From Minisyncoccota bacterium (GTDB taxonomy: Bacteria; Patescibacteriota; Minisyncoccia; Phycocordibacterales; Phycocordibacteraceae), in assembly GCA_041664265.1 (NCBI GenBank), contig JBAYLD010000002.1, positions 35,505 to 99,504 of the forward strand: a stretch of 64,000 nucleotides of DNA, given 5' to 3'. This document shows positions 48,571 to 56,714 of this stretch, piece after piece. The notes under the pieces were generated by a model. The model worked only from the letters and a program-made list of their open reading frames with translations. It did not search any database and had not been told where the DNA came from. A program made the translations under genes and the position numbers. Position 1 is the first letter of the stretch; every line of letters begins with the position of its first letter.

Positions 48571-48822
48571 ATGGCAATAAACGCAGCATTATCAAAGCCC
48601 CTCAACCTCTCTCCTGAATTGGAGGCGGTTGTCGGCGCAGGCCCGATGCCGAGAACCGAAGTGGTTAAGCAGCTTTGGGTCTACATCAAGAAGCATGACC
48701 TGCAGAATCCCTCGAACAAGCGCAACATCCTCGCGGATGACAAGCTGAAGGCGATCTTCGGCGGCAAAGGCGAAGTGACGATGTTCGAGATGACCAAGCT
48801 CGTCTCGGCGCATTTGAAGTAA
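48571..48822 (+). CDS. SWIB/MDM2 domain protein
   Basis: LSPEL..VVG..P.PRTEVVK.LW.YIK...LQ.P.NKR.I..D.KL. Confidence 0.93.
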   Translation: MAINAALSKPLNLSPELEAVVGAGPMPRTEVVKQLWVYIKKHDLQNPSNKRNILADDKLKAIFGGKGEVTMFEMTKLVSAHLK

Positions 48823-48830
48823 CGCATCGT

Positions 48831-48851
48831 TGTGGACACCGGGTGTCCACA
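48831..48851. repeat. Intergenic REP-like palindrome, family D
   Basis: TGTGGACACC-G-GGTGTCCACA perfect arms. Confidence 0.8.
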
Positions 48852-48859
48852 GAATTAGA

Positions 48860-48887
48860 AAAAGGCGGCACCTAGGTGCCGCCTTTT
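48860..48887. terminator. Bidirectional terminator
   Basis: AAAAGGCGGCACCTAGGTGCCGCCTTTT between convergent genes. Confidence 0.75.
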
Positions 48888-48935
48888 GTCGTTTAGAGTC
48901 CAAGTTTCTGTTTCCAGTTTTCCTCGGCCTTTTGT

Positions 48936-50264
48936 TTACCCACCAAACACCCTGTTGAAGATGTAATCTACATTCTTAAGCTTCGCATCCAGATTGAAGC
49001 AGGCACGAAGTTCATCGCGTGTTACATACGCCATCACTTCTGCTTCTTCGCAGAGCGCGTCGAAGAAATCCGTTTCGTCCCCCCAACACTTGAGTGCGAC
49101 ACTGCGCACAATAGTGTGCGCATCCTCTCGCGGGAAGTTGCTCTTTTCTGCAACGAGCATCATGACGTCCTGAGAGAAGATAAGCCCCTTGGTCACGTCA
49201 AGATTACGCATCATTTTATTCGGGAAAACGCGCATGTTCTCGATGATTCCGGTCAGTCGAGCCAGTGCATAATCCACCAAGATCGACGAATCCGCGAAAA
49301 TCACACGCTCGGCCCCCGAATTATCCAGGCTTCGCTCGTGCCAGCAATTGGCCAGATTCTCAAGCGCCACCAGATAATTGACGCCCGGTACCCGCATCAA
49401 TCCCGAAATGTTCTCACTTCCGACGGGATTCTTCTTGTGCGGCATGGCGCTCGACCCCTTCTGAGTTGTACCAAACGGCTCCATCACTTCTCTGATTTCA
49501 GTTTGCGACAGGAGCCGAAGGTTGACCGAGATCTTCCCGATTGATGCAGCGAGGTTCGCGAGAGTAGACATATAGACAGCCGCAACGTCGCGCGAGATGA
49601 TCTGCGTAGCGATGATGGGCTTGAGGCCCAGTCTCGCACAAACCAGCTCCTCAATTTTCGGGTCGATGGTATACATGCCGACAGCTCCGCTCAACTTACC
49701 GACTGACACTTCTTCGCGCGCTTGGACAAGTCGCCAGCTATGACGAACGAGTTCTGCGTACCAGTTGGCGAGCTTCACACCAAATGTTATCGGCTCGGCA
49801 TGAATACCGTGAGTACGGCCGATTTCAGGAGTGTACTTGAACTCATACGCGCGCCTTTTTAAAACGCCCATGAGTCTCCCCACTCCCATGGTAATGACAT
49901 CAATACTGTCGCGCATCTGTAACGCAAGTGCCGTATCGACAATATCGTAGGACGTAAGCCCCCGGTGTAGCCACGATCGCAGTCCTTCAGGGATCTGCGG
50001 CGAGACGTGCATAAGAAATGCAATCACGTCATGTCCAATTCCTTCCTTTTTAACACCTCTCTCAATCCATCCTTTCTCGAGCCGGTTAATCTCCCTCGGG
50101 TCAATCACGATTTTATCGATCATGTCGGGCGGCACAGGGTATTTGAATTCCCCCCTGTCGCGTCTGACCCCTAACACTGTGGTTTCAACACGAAACCACG
50201 TAAGAAACTTATTCAACTCAGACCAGATAAACTCCATTTCACTCTGACTGTAACGCTTTAACAT
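48936..50264 (-). CDS. purB: Adenylosuccinate lyase
   Basis: H.GLTS.D, GRTHGIHAEP.TFG, GSSAMPHKKNP..SE signature. Confidence 0.95.
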   Translation of the reverse strand: MLKRYSQSEMEFIWSELNKFLTWFRVETTVLGVRRDRGEFKYPVPPDMIDKIVIDPREINRLEKGWIERGVKKEGIGHDVIAFLMHVSPQIPEGLRSWLHRGLTSYDIVDTALALQMRDSIDVITMGVGRLMGVLKRRAYEFKYTPEIGRTHGIHAEPITFGVKLANWYAELVRHSWRLVQAREEVSVGKLSGAVGMYTIDPKIEELVCARLGLKPIIATQIISRDVAAVYMSTLANLAASIGKISVNLRLLSQTEIREVMEPFGTTQKGSSAMPHKKNPVGSENISGLMRVPGVNYLVALENLANCWHERSLDNSGAERVIFADSSILVDYALARLTGIIENMRVFPNKMMRNLDVTKGLIFSQDVMMLVAEKSNFPREDAHTIVRSVALKCWGDETDFFDALCEEAEVMAYVTRDELRACFNLDAKLKNVDYIFNRVFGG

Positions 50265-50354
50265 GATTATTTCCTCCTTTCAAAGACCTATTTTAGGGTT
50301 AGAAAACTAAGCCATTCTGGACGCACCTTACCACACCTCTTCAATTCTTCAATG

Positions 50355-50425
50355 TGGACCTACGGGGAGTCGGACCCCGACCTCGTGCATGCCATGCGCG
50401 CGTTCTACCGCTGAACTATAGGCCC
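50355..50425 (-). tRNA. tRNA-Ala(GGC)
   Basis: Cloverleaf with G3:U70, anticodon loop ATGGCAT (A32-U38), T-loop TCCGACT. Confidence 0.88.
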
Positions 50426-50474
50426 GCTTTGTTTTTATATCTTACTTCCCTTTCCTCGCTTGCTCAAGCCGCGT

Positions 50475-50503
50475 TTGACTTTATTATACACTCATGCTAC
50501 TCT
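50475..50503 (+). promoter_or_regulatory. sigma70 promoter
   Basis: TTGACT-N17-TACTCT; AGGAGG SD before 50540. Confidence 0.6.
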
Positions 50504-50539
50504 GCAAACAGAAAATAACCTGAATGAGGAGGTGTAGAA

Positions 50540-50980
50540 ATGAGAAAAGTTCTTTGCGTATGTATGACCAACACAGCCCGGAGCGTGATGCTGGCCGCCC
50601 TGCTCCGAAAAGTGCTCGGCGACGAGTCCCGGGTGGAGAGTGCTGGCGCTTCAAAAAAGGCCCGTGAGGGATCGCTGGCCAACGTCTATACCGACCATCT
50701 CATGCGGCATCGAGGGTTCAACCTCTCCGGTCACCAGAGCCGCTGGTTTGGGGATCTTGATCTCACTCAATTCACGCACATCGTGTGCGTGGATGAGAAG
50801 ACGGAGGAACAGGTTGTCTCACTCCTCGGTGGATACCGGATGATCGAGGTCCTCGTCGCCAATGAACGCGGCGGCGGGATACCCCTCGCACAGGGGGCGG
50901 GCTGGCAAGAACACCGAGCCGCTCTCTCTATAATGGAAAGAGTGGCTCCCGACATCGCGCGGCAAGTCCGTGGCGAATGA
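50540..50980 (+). CDS. LMW-PTP/ArsC-family protein, degenerate (no DP acid loop)
   Basis: VCMTNTARS P-loop, SAG, H.SR; GIPLAQG where the paralog has GVPDPY. Confidence 0.75.
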   Translation: MRKVLCVCMTNTARSVMLAALLRKVLGDESRVESAGASKKAREGSLANVYTDHLMRHRGFNLSGHQSRWFGDLDLTQFTHIVCVDEKTEEQVVSLLGGYRMIEVLVANERGGGIPLAQGAGWQEHRAALSIMERVAPDIARQVRGE

Positions 50981-50991
50981 GAAGGGCGGCT

Positions 50992-51024
50992 AAGCCCGGC
51001 GTACTAGGTACGCTGGGCTTTTTC
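50992..51024 (+). terminator. Intrinsic terminator
   Basis: AAGCCCGGCGTAC-TAG-GTACGCTGGGCTT followed by TTT. Confidence 0.75.
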
Positions 51025-51130
51025 TATAACGCGCACGATTCCCCTTCTCATGCATCTGCTTCTTCCAAATAATACGTTATAATCAAATGGGTGTTCTTGG
51101 GCTTAAAAATCAGTTAGAAAGGAGAATCTC

Positions 51131-51262
51131 GTGAAAGATAAAAAATACGAAAAACCGGTTTTTATCAAGATGACCAAGATGACGTTCCTGCTCAACAGCA
51201 TCAAAACGAAGGGAAAAGGCGTCGTTTGTAGGCAGTGTTCTGGATGCCACGGCTGTCGATAA
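51131..51262 (+). CDS. 43-aa Cys-rich peptide, RiPP-precursor-like (absent from the ORF track)
   Basis: MKDKKYEKPVFIKMTKMTFLLNSIKTKGKGVVCRQCSGCHGCR; AAAGGAG SD, upstream TATAAT, own terminator. Confidence 0.75.
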   Translation: MKDKKYEKPVFIKMTKMTFLLNSIKTKGKGVVCRQCSGCHGCR

Positions 51263-51295
51263 ACCTCAAAACTCGGCGAGAACACCTCCCTTACC

Positions 51296-51325
51296 AAGCC
51301 TTCGGTTACTCCGAAGGCTTTTATT
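51296..51325 (+). terminator. Intrinsic terminator
   Basis: AAGCCTTCGG-TTACT-CCGAAGGCTT followed by TTATT. Confidence 0.72.
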
Positions 51326-51344
51326 ATTGAACCATTACGGGAGC

Positions 51345-51373
51345 TTGACTTTTTCATGGTGGTATGCTAAGCT
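51345..51373 (+). promoter_or_regulatory. sigma70 promoter
   Basis: TTGACT-N17-TAAGCT; AAGGAGG SD before GTG 51424. Confidence 0.6.
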
Positions 51374-51423
51374 TTATCAAGGCAATTTGATCTCTCAAAT
51401 GAACGTGAGAAGGAGGTGCGGAA

Positions 51424-51861
51424 GTGAAGAAAAAAGTTCTTTGTGTTTGCGCTGGTAATACCTGCCGGAGTCCTATGATGGCAGCCTTGCTCCAAAAGGA
51501 ACTCGGTAACGAGTTCCAGATGGAGAGCGCGGGTTGGTTCAGGAATCAAGTTGGCGAGCCAGCGAGCGAAAATGCTGTATTTTTTATGAGGGTCAGAGGT
51601 ATCGATATCAGTGAACATAAAGCTCGCTGGATCAGAGATCTCGATCTCAAAGCATTCTCGCATATTGTGTGTGTGAATCCTGACATGGCATACAACATCC
51701 GGTCCAATCTCGAAAACGATCAGACAATGGTTCTCATCGCTGGAGTAGAGGTCGGAGGAGTGCCGGACCCGTATGGAAAAGGAAGAGACGCCTATCGTGA
51801 GTGTGCAAACCTTCTAGATAAGGCCATGCACGAAATCGCCGCGATAATCCGCAACTCTTAA
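51424..51861 (+). CDS. Low-molecular-weight protein tyrosine/arginine phosphatase
   Basis: VCAGNTCRSPM P-loop, SAG, DPY. Confidence 0.9.
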   Translation: MKKKVLCVCAGNTCRSPMMAALLQKELGNEFQMESAGWFRNQVGEPASENAVFFMRVRGIDISEHKARWIRDLDLKAFSHIVCVNPDMAYNIRSNLENDQTMVLIAGVEVGGVPDPYGKGRDAYRECANLLDKAMHEIAAIIRNS

Positions 51862-53744
51862 ACAACTGAAGCCCGACGTGATGAACGTCGGGCTTTCTTT
51901 ATTACACGGACTATTCCGTTGGTGGCATCCACTTCGATAAGATCTCCTGTTTTCAAAATCTGCGTCGCAACTTTGGTCCCCACGATGCAAGGAATTTTGA
52001 ACTCTCGTGAGAGAATCGCCGCATGCGAGACAATACCCCCTTCGTCAGTCACGATGGCTACAGATCTCTTACACGCCGCTATCATATCCGGTTTCGTCAT
52101 ATCGGTAACTAAAACTTCTCCAGACTGCACCGCGTACACATCGCCCCGCCGCGTATGTTTCTCGAAAATCACTCGCGCCTTTCCTGTCACTTTCCCGGGA
52201 TATGCAATCGACCCGACGATGATCGCTTTATCTTTTGGAGACGTTAATTCCTTGACTCGATGCCAAAGCTGGTCTGCGTCCTTTTTCAAAAAGATTTCCG
52301 ATTGTTTCTTTTTCCTTAGAACAGCATGACCTCGAGTCCGTTCAGCGATTATTTGTGCAGGAACCTTCTTCCCCTCTTTTGCAAGAGCGGTGAGCTCGTC
52401 AAAATCGTAGAAAAAGAGCTCTCCAGCAACGCGTATTTTATTTCTTCTGGCGATCTCGCCTAGCAATTGCCCTATGTATAGAAAGAAAAATTCTTTGGAG
52501 CAGCGCCTGAGCTTTAAGCGAATTTCTCCTATTTTTTTGAATGTCCGGTGGTTTGCCTTAACTCTCTCGAATTTCTTCATCCGCGACGCTTCGGTTTTCG
52601 TATATATCGCGCTGAATTTTTCCATCACACAAGTTAATGAAACGAGGGTCTTACGCATTTTCTCATCACTCAGTTTCTTGAAGTCGACATTCTTAAATTC
52701 TTGAGTAATTCGCTTCACTGTCGCTGCTATATCCTCGGCACGTTCCAAATATCTCTCACGGTTTTTCTGTTTCGAGAAAAAGGCATACCCCTTTTTCTCC
52801 TCATTGTCATGAGAACCGTTCAGATAAAAACAGTGACACATCTTCTTTTTGTAGAAGAAGATACTGGAGTTGCCCAGGTCGTGATTCGGGTTGGTAAGCC
52901 AAAAGAGCGGCATGGAGTTCTCTCTTGCCCAAAATTCAGCACTCCTTATTTCCGGCAAGAATGGAGATTCTTGCCCTTCACGAAGAGTTGTAATCGGGCG
53001 GCTCTGCACAATCCAAAACTTTCCTTCGGCATATGCCCACTCGACGTCGACCGGGAAGCCGTAATGATTTTCTATTTTTATGACTAACTTTGCGAGCTCC
53101 TTAATCTGTTGTTCCGAAAGTTTTTGCTCTCCTTGTGCGGTAACATCAATCAACGTGAGGTTATTCTTCGCTACCACGTAGCTATCCGGCGTTACCTGCC
53201 CGGACACCAGCTTCTCTCCAAGGCCGGAGACTGCCTCGATGATCATCTGATTATGGTCTTCGGTTACTGGATGCACCGAGAAGGCGACACCGGCAGTCTC
53301 AGCTTCAACCATCTCCTGTACTACCACCGCAACTGAGATGTTCGCAGTGTCGAGTCCTTGTTCAGAACGGTAGGAGACAGCACGAATAGTGAAGAGGGAC
53401 TCCCAACATTTCTCTACGTTCTCGAGCAGGTTTTCTTCCGTGGTGTTCAAATAACTCTCCAGCTGCCCCGCCCACGACGCACTCTTCGAATCTTCTGCAG
53501 TCGCGCTCGAGCGCACCGCGACCCGCTTCACACCGAGTTCTTTAAAAGCCTTTTTAATTTCTCCTGCCACATCCTCTGACATTTTCCCCTCCCCTTTAAA
53601 CTTCTCATAAGCACTTGAGAGAATCACAAACCCAGGCGGGACCGGTATCCCCGCCCACGTCATCTCGCCCAAGGACGCGCCCTTCCCGCCCGCGATCGCA
53701 GTGTCGTCTTTGGTTATGTCTTCAAACCACCGTATCCATTCCAT
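51858..53744 (-). CDS. PEP-utilizer family phosphotransferase (PPDK-type ATP-grasp, middle domain, His swivel domain)
   Basis: GGKGASLGE, AVRSSA..ED, QSRPIT; C-terminal TD.GG..SHAAI.SRE; no pyruvate TIM barrel. Confidence 0.82.
   Translation of the reverse strand: MEWIRWFEDITKDDTAIAGGKGASLGEMTWAGIPVPPGFVILSSAYEKFKGEGKMSEDVAGEIKKAFKELGVKRVAVRSSATAEDSKSASWAGQLESYLNTTEENLLENVEKCWESLFTIRAVSYRSEQGLDTANISVAVVVQEMVEAETAGVAFSVHPVTEDHNQMIIEAVSGLGEKLVSGQVTPDSYVVAKNNLTLIDVTAQGEQKLSEQQIKELAKLVIKIENHYGFPVDVEWAYAEGKFWIVQSRPITTLREGQESPFLPEIRSAEFWARENSMPLFWLTNPNHDLGNSSIFFYKKKMCHCFYLNGSHDNEEKKGYAFFSKQKNRERYLERAEDIAATVKRITQEFKNVDFKKLSDEKMRKTLVSLTCVMEKFSAIYTKTEASRMKKFERVKANHRTFKKIGEIRLKLRRCSKEFFFLYIGQLLGEIARRNKIRVAGELFFYDFDELTALAKEGKKVPAQIIAERTRGHAVLRKKKQSEIFLKKDADQLWHRVKELTSPKDKAIIVGSIAYPGKVTGKARVIFEKHTRRGDVYAVQSGEVLVTDMTKPDMIAACKRSVAIVTDEGGIVSHAAILSREFKIPCIVGTKVATQILKTGDLIEVDATNGIVRVIKKARRSSRRASVV
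51869..51900 (+). terminator. Intrinsic terminator
   Basis: AAGCCCGACGT-GATGA-ACGTCGGGCTT followed by TCTTT. Confidence 0.7.
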
Positions 53745-53765
53745 TTCTCAAGTATATACCGTTTG

Positions 53766-53838
53766 TGGACCCTAGCGGACTTGAACCGCTTACCTCGTCA
53801 ATGCGAATGACGCGCTCTACCAGATGAGCTAAGGGCCC
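53766..53838 (-). tRNA. tRNA-Ala(CGC)
   Basis: Cloverleaf with G3:U70, anticodon loop TTCGCAT. Confidence 0.92.
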
Positions 53839-54016
53839 TGCACGAGCGATTCTACCACGACCCCCGATTATTTTCATCGCCCTGTCCCACCACAGTATGC
53901 ACCCGCCGGGGTTGCATCTTCACAGAAACTTCATGTTAGACTGCCGACAGAATAGTTATTTTGACATCGGCCGCTTCGGCGGCCTTAACCTGAAGAGGAG
54001 AGAAAGGAGGAGAAAT

Positions 54017-55084
54017 ATGCGTAGAAAAATATTGGTCCCGAAAAGAACCCCTGTTGCACCCCTATTGCGGCCGTGGATAGCCTCAATGGAGTACTGGGCG
54101 ACAATGATGAACCTGCCCCAGCACGACTGGAGTACGCCGCATCGGGTTGTCGCCGAGTGTGCCAATGCCAAACTCTTATATTTTGGCGGCAAGAAAACTG
54201 GGCGAGTGATGCTTATTAACCCGCCACAGGCGAGCCATAGCTCAAGCGGTTGCGACTTCGGTCCCGGTCGCTCGCTGGTACAAACGGCGGTCGCGTCCGG
54301 TATCGGCGAAGTTTATGCCATTGACTGGAAGAGCGCCGGCTTCGACCGACGAAATGAAGATATCGGCGATTTCGTCACCACCATGTACTCGTTCATCGAC
54401 GGACTCGATCGTGATGTCGATCTCAACGGCGTGTGTCAGGGCGGATGGCAGGCGGCAATCTATGCCGCATTGTATCCGGAAAGGGTTAGAACTCTCACGC
54501 TCGTCGCCTCGCCCATAGATTTCCATGGCGGGGAGAGCAAAATATCTGAATGGGTCAACGCCCTGCCGGACATCTGGTTCCAGAATCTGGTCGCGATGGG
54601 AAATGGCGTTCTCGACGGACGTTATATCCTGTTGGCATTTAAGATGATGCATCCGACAGAGCGGTTTGTCGAAGACAATTGGAAGCTCTATCTGAGCATT
54701 CTGGAAGGGAGATGGGAGGAAGTGCAACAGCAAGTTCATTTTAGGTCCTGGTATGACCGGGCCGTACAGAACCTGCCGGGTTCCTTCTACCTCCAAGTGG
54801 TTCGCGAGCTGTTTAAGAAGAATTCGCTGGTCAGGGGCGAACTAGAGATCCTCGGGCAGCGGGTAGATCTGAAAAAGATAACCTGCCCGACATTTCTCGT
54901 AACGGGTGATACCGACGATATCACCCCAGATCCACAGGCCTGTGCAATGAAGGACTGTGTGAGCACAAGCTGTTCCTGCCGGCACTTTGAAGTCGAGGGC
55001 GGGCATTTCGCCACCTTCGCCGGAAGTGGCGCAATGGGAAGATGGAAGGAAGAGATCTTCCCCGCCATCAAAACGGCGGGGTAG
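54017..55084 (+). CDS. Alpha/beta hydrolase of PHA synthase/intracellular PHB depolymerase type
   Basis: GVCQGG Cys lipase box, SPIDF, D.DDIT, GGH; AAGGAGG SD. Confidence 0.8.
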   Translation: MRRKILVPKRTPVAPLLRPWIASMEYWATMMNLPQHDWSTPHRVVAECANAKLLYFGGKKTGRVMLINPPQASHSSSGCDFGPGRSLVQTAVASGIGEVYAIDWKSAGFDRRNEDIGDFVTTMYSFIDGLDRDVDLNGVCQGGWQAAIYAALYPERVRTLTLVASPIDFHGGESKISEWVNALPDIWFQNLVAMGNGVLDGRYILLAFKMMHPTERFVEDNWKLYLSILEGRWEEVQQQVHFRSWYDRAVQNLPGSFYLQVVRELFKKNSLVRGELEILGQRVDLKKITCPTFLVTGDTDDITPDPQACAMKDCVSTSCSCRHFEVEGGHFATFAGSGAMGRWKEEIFPAIKTAG

Positions 55085-55139
55085 GATACGAAAAAAGCAG
55101 ATAAGGAGGAAAAGTGTACACAGAAGACGAGCGCACAGG

Positions 55140-55176
55140 GCGGTGATTGCAAGAACTACGCAATCACCGCTTTTTT
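55140..55176 (+). terminator. Intrinsic terminator
   Basis: GCGGTGATTGC...GCAATCACCGC followed by TTTTTT. Confidence 0.78.
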
Positions 55177-55197
55177 GTATTCTCACCTCTCTTTCAG

Positions 55198-55268
55198 TCG
55201 GGCCGCCGGGAATCGAACCCGGTTCTTGCGCACCCCATGCGCAAATACTGCCGGTATACTACGGCCCG
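55198..55268 (-). tRNA. tRNA-Pro(GGG)
   Basis: C1:G72, A73, anticodon loop ATGGGGT, GTTCGA T-loop. Confidence 0.9.
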
Positions 55269-55286
55269 TTATGGAGATGTCCTCTG

Positions 55287-55357
55287 TCGGGCCGCCGGGA
55301 ATTGAACCCGGTCTACACGCACCCGAAGCGTGCGTACTACCGACATACTCCGGCCCG
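55287..55357 (-). tRNA. tRNA-Pro(CGG)
   Basis: C1:G72, anticodon loop TTCGGGT, GTTCAA T-loop; G at position 8. Confidence 0.88.
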
Positions 55358-55375
55358 ACACAGAACACCTCCCGA

Positions 55376-55393
55376 GTGCGCCCTGCAGGATTC
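55376..55393. repeat. 18-bp duplication of tRNA-Val 3' end (att-like)
   Basis: GTGCGCCCTGCAGGATTC is identical to 55526..55543. Confidence 0.8.
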
Positions 55394-55526
55394 TTTCCTT
55401 ACAGGAACAGTATACCTTGCGGATTTTTTGTTCACATTCGTTCCAAAAAATGCTCGCAAGGTCTTCTCATCCTGCACGCACGCCCCCCAGGCGTGCTAGA
55501 GCGCACTACGCCTGAAGACATGCTTG

Positions 55527-55600
55527 TGCGCCCTGCAGGATTCGAACCTGCGACCTTACGCGTGTGAAGCGTACGCTCTAACCAACTGAGCTAAGAGCGC
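55527..55600 (-). tRNA. tRNA-Val(CAC)
   Basis: Cloverleaf with anticodon loop TTCACAC. Confidence 0.93.
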
Positions 55601-55629
55601 GCACACGACGTACCATACCAGACATTTGC

Positions 55630-56589
55630 TTAGATTCCCAGATTCGCGAGCGCGCTCCTCACTCTGCCGATCGGCAGGGCGAAGCCGATGTTCTGCGAAC
55701 CCTGCACCATCGCGACGTTGACGCCGACGGCTTCGCCCGTAAGGTTGACCAAGGGGCCGCCCGAATTGCCGGGGTTGATAGCGGCATCGGTCTGAATGAT
55801 GCCGGTCAAGGTCTCGGTGTTGCCTTGGCTATCTGAAGCGGTAATGCTCCGATCGAGCCCCGAGACGACCCCGACAGAGACCGAGTTGCTATATTGTCCA
55901 AGCGCATTCCCCACCGCGAATACTGACTGTGCGAGCCGGAGCGCCGAGGAGTCGCCAAGCGGGACAACCGGATACCCGCTCCCAGGGATCTTCACAACGG
56001 CGAGATCCTCGCTCGAGGAGCGCCACACGACCGTGCCCGACTGCTGGGCGCCGCTTGAGAGCAAGACGGTATACGTCGCGTTCGGCACATTCGGCACGAC
56101 GTGCTTGTTGGTGACGATATACCCGCTTGAGCGCACGAGGAATCCGGTCCCGGCCGAGATGCGTTCGGTCGTCGTGCCGACCTGCTCATACACCGGCACC
56201 CGTATTCCAAAATCGCGGAAGAAGGGATCATTACCAAACGGGTTCTCGTACGTTACTTGTAGCTTCGGCACTTCTCGGCTCTCGACGATCGAGACGACTG
56301 CTGGCGTCACCCTCGCCACGGCATCTTGGAGCGATAGCGTCTCCTCCTTCTGCACCACAATCTCACGCCGCACGGTCTCGGTAATGTTCGCGGCGGTGTT
56401 CGGTGCCGTCGAGCTCGCGAGCTCGGCGAGCTGGATGACTGAACCTTGGAGCATCGCAATGGAGTCTTCGAGCGTCGCTACCGAACGCGCGAGCTGCCCC
56501 CTCTCCTGATTCTCGTACACGAGCCCGCCCGCGAGTGCCACTATCGCTAGTAACGCCGCGAGCCAGAGATAATCAATGGTATCCTTCAT
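55630..56589 (-). CDS. HtrA/DegP-like trypsin serine protease without PDZ
   Basis: TNKHVV, DLAVVK, QTDAAINPGNSGGPL; N-terminal TM helix. Confidence 0.92.
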   Translation of the reverse strand: MKDTIDYLWLAALLAIVALAGGLVYENQERGQLARSVATLEDSIAMLQGSVIQLAELASSTAPNTAANITETVRREIVVQKEETLSLQDAVARVTPAVVSIVESREVPKLQVTYENPFGNDPFFRDFGIRVPVYEQVGTTTERISAGTGFLVRSSGYIVTNKHVVPNVPNATYTVLLSSGAQQSGTVVWRSSSEDLAVVKIPGSGYPVVPLGDSSALRLAQSVFAVGNALGQYSNSVSVGVVSGLDRSITASDSQGNTETLTGIIQTDAAINPGNSGGPLVNLTGEAVGVNVAMVQGSQNIGFALPIGRVRSALANLGI

Positions 56590-56714
56590 TTTTCCTATTA
56601 TACCGGATGCCGGGAGAATCGGTGCCTCACGATCGTGAGTGCCCCCTTATCCGCATTTATGGGGTGCGTTACCACTATGAACTCATGCGTACGCCGCATA
56701 GATGATGGGGAGCT

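Noticed and set aside
40709-53744. HelD-like plus RPH-like genes as a rifamycin resistance pair
   Set aside because: They are about 9 kb apart, no rifamycin-associated element was seen, and neither can be assigned to HelR or Rph from motifs alone.
56600-56712. Possible structured RNA or pseudoknot in the intergenic region upstream of the HtrA-like gene
   Set aside because: The stems are only 4-6 bp and match no RNA family I recognise; chance pairing is plausible.
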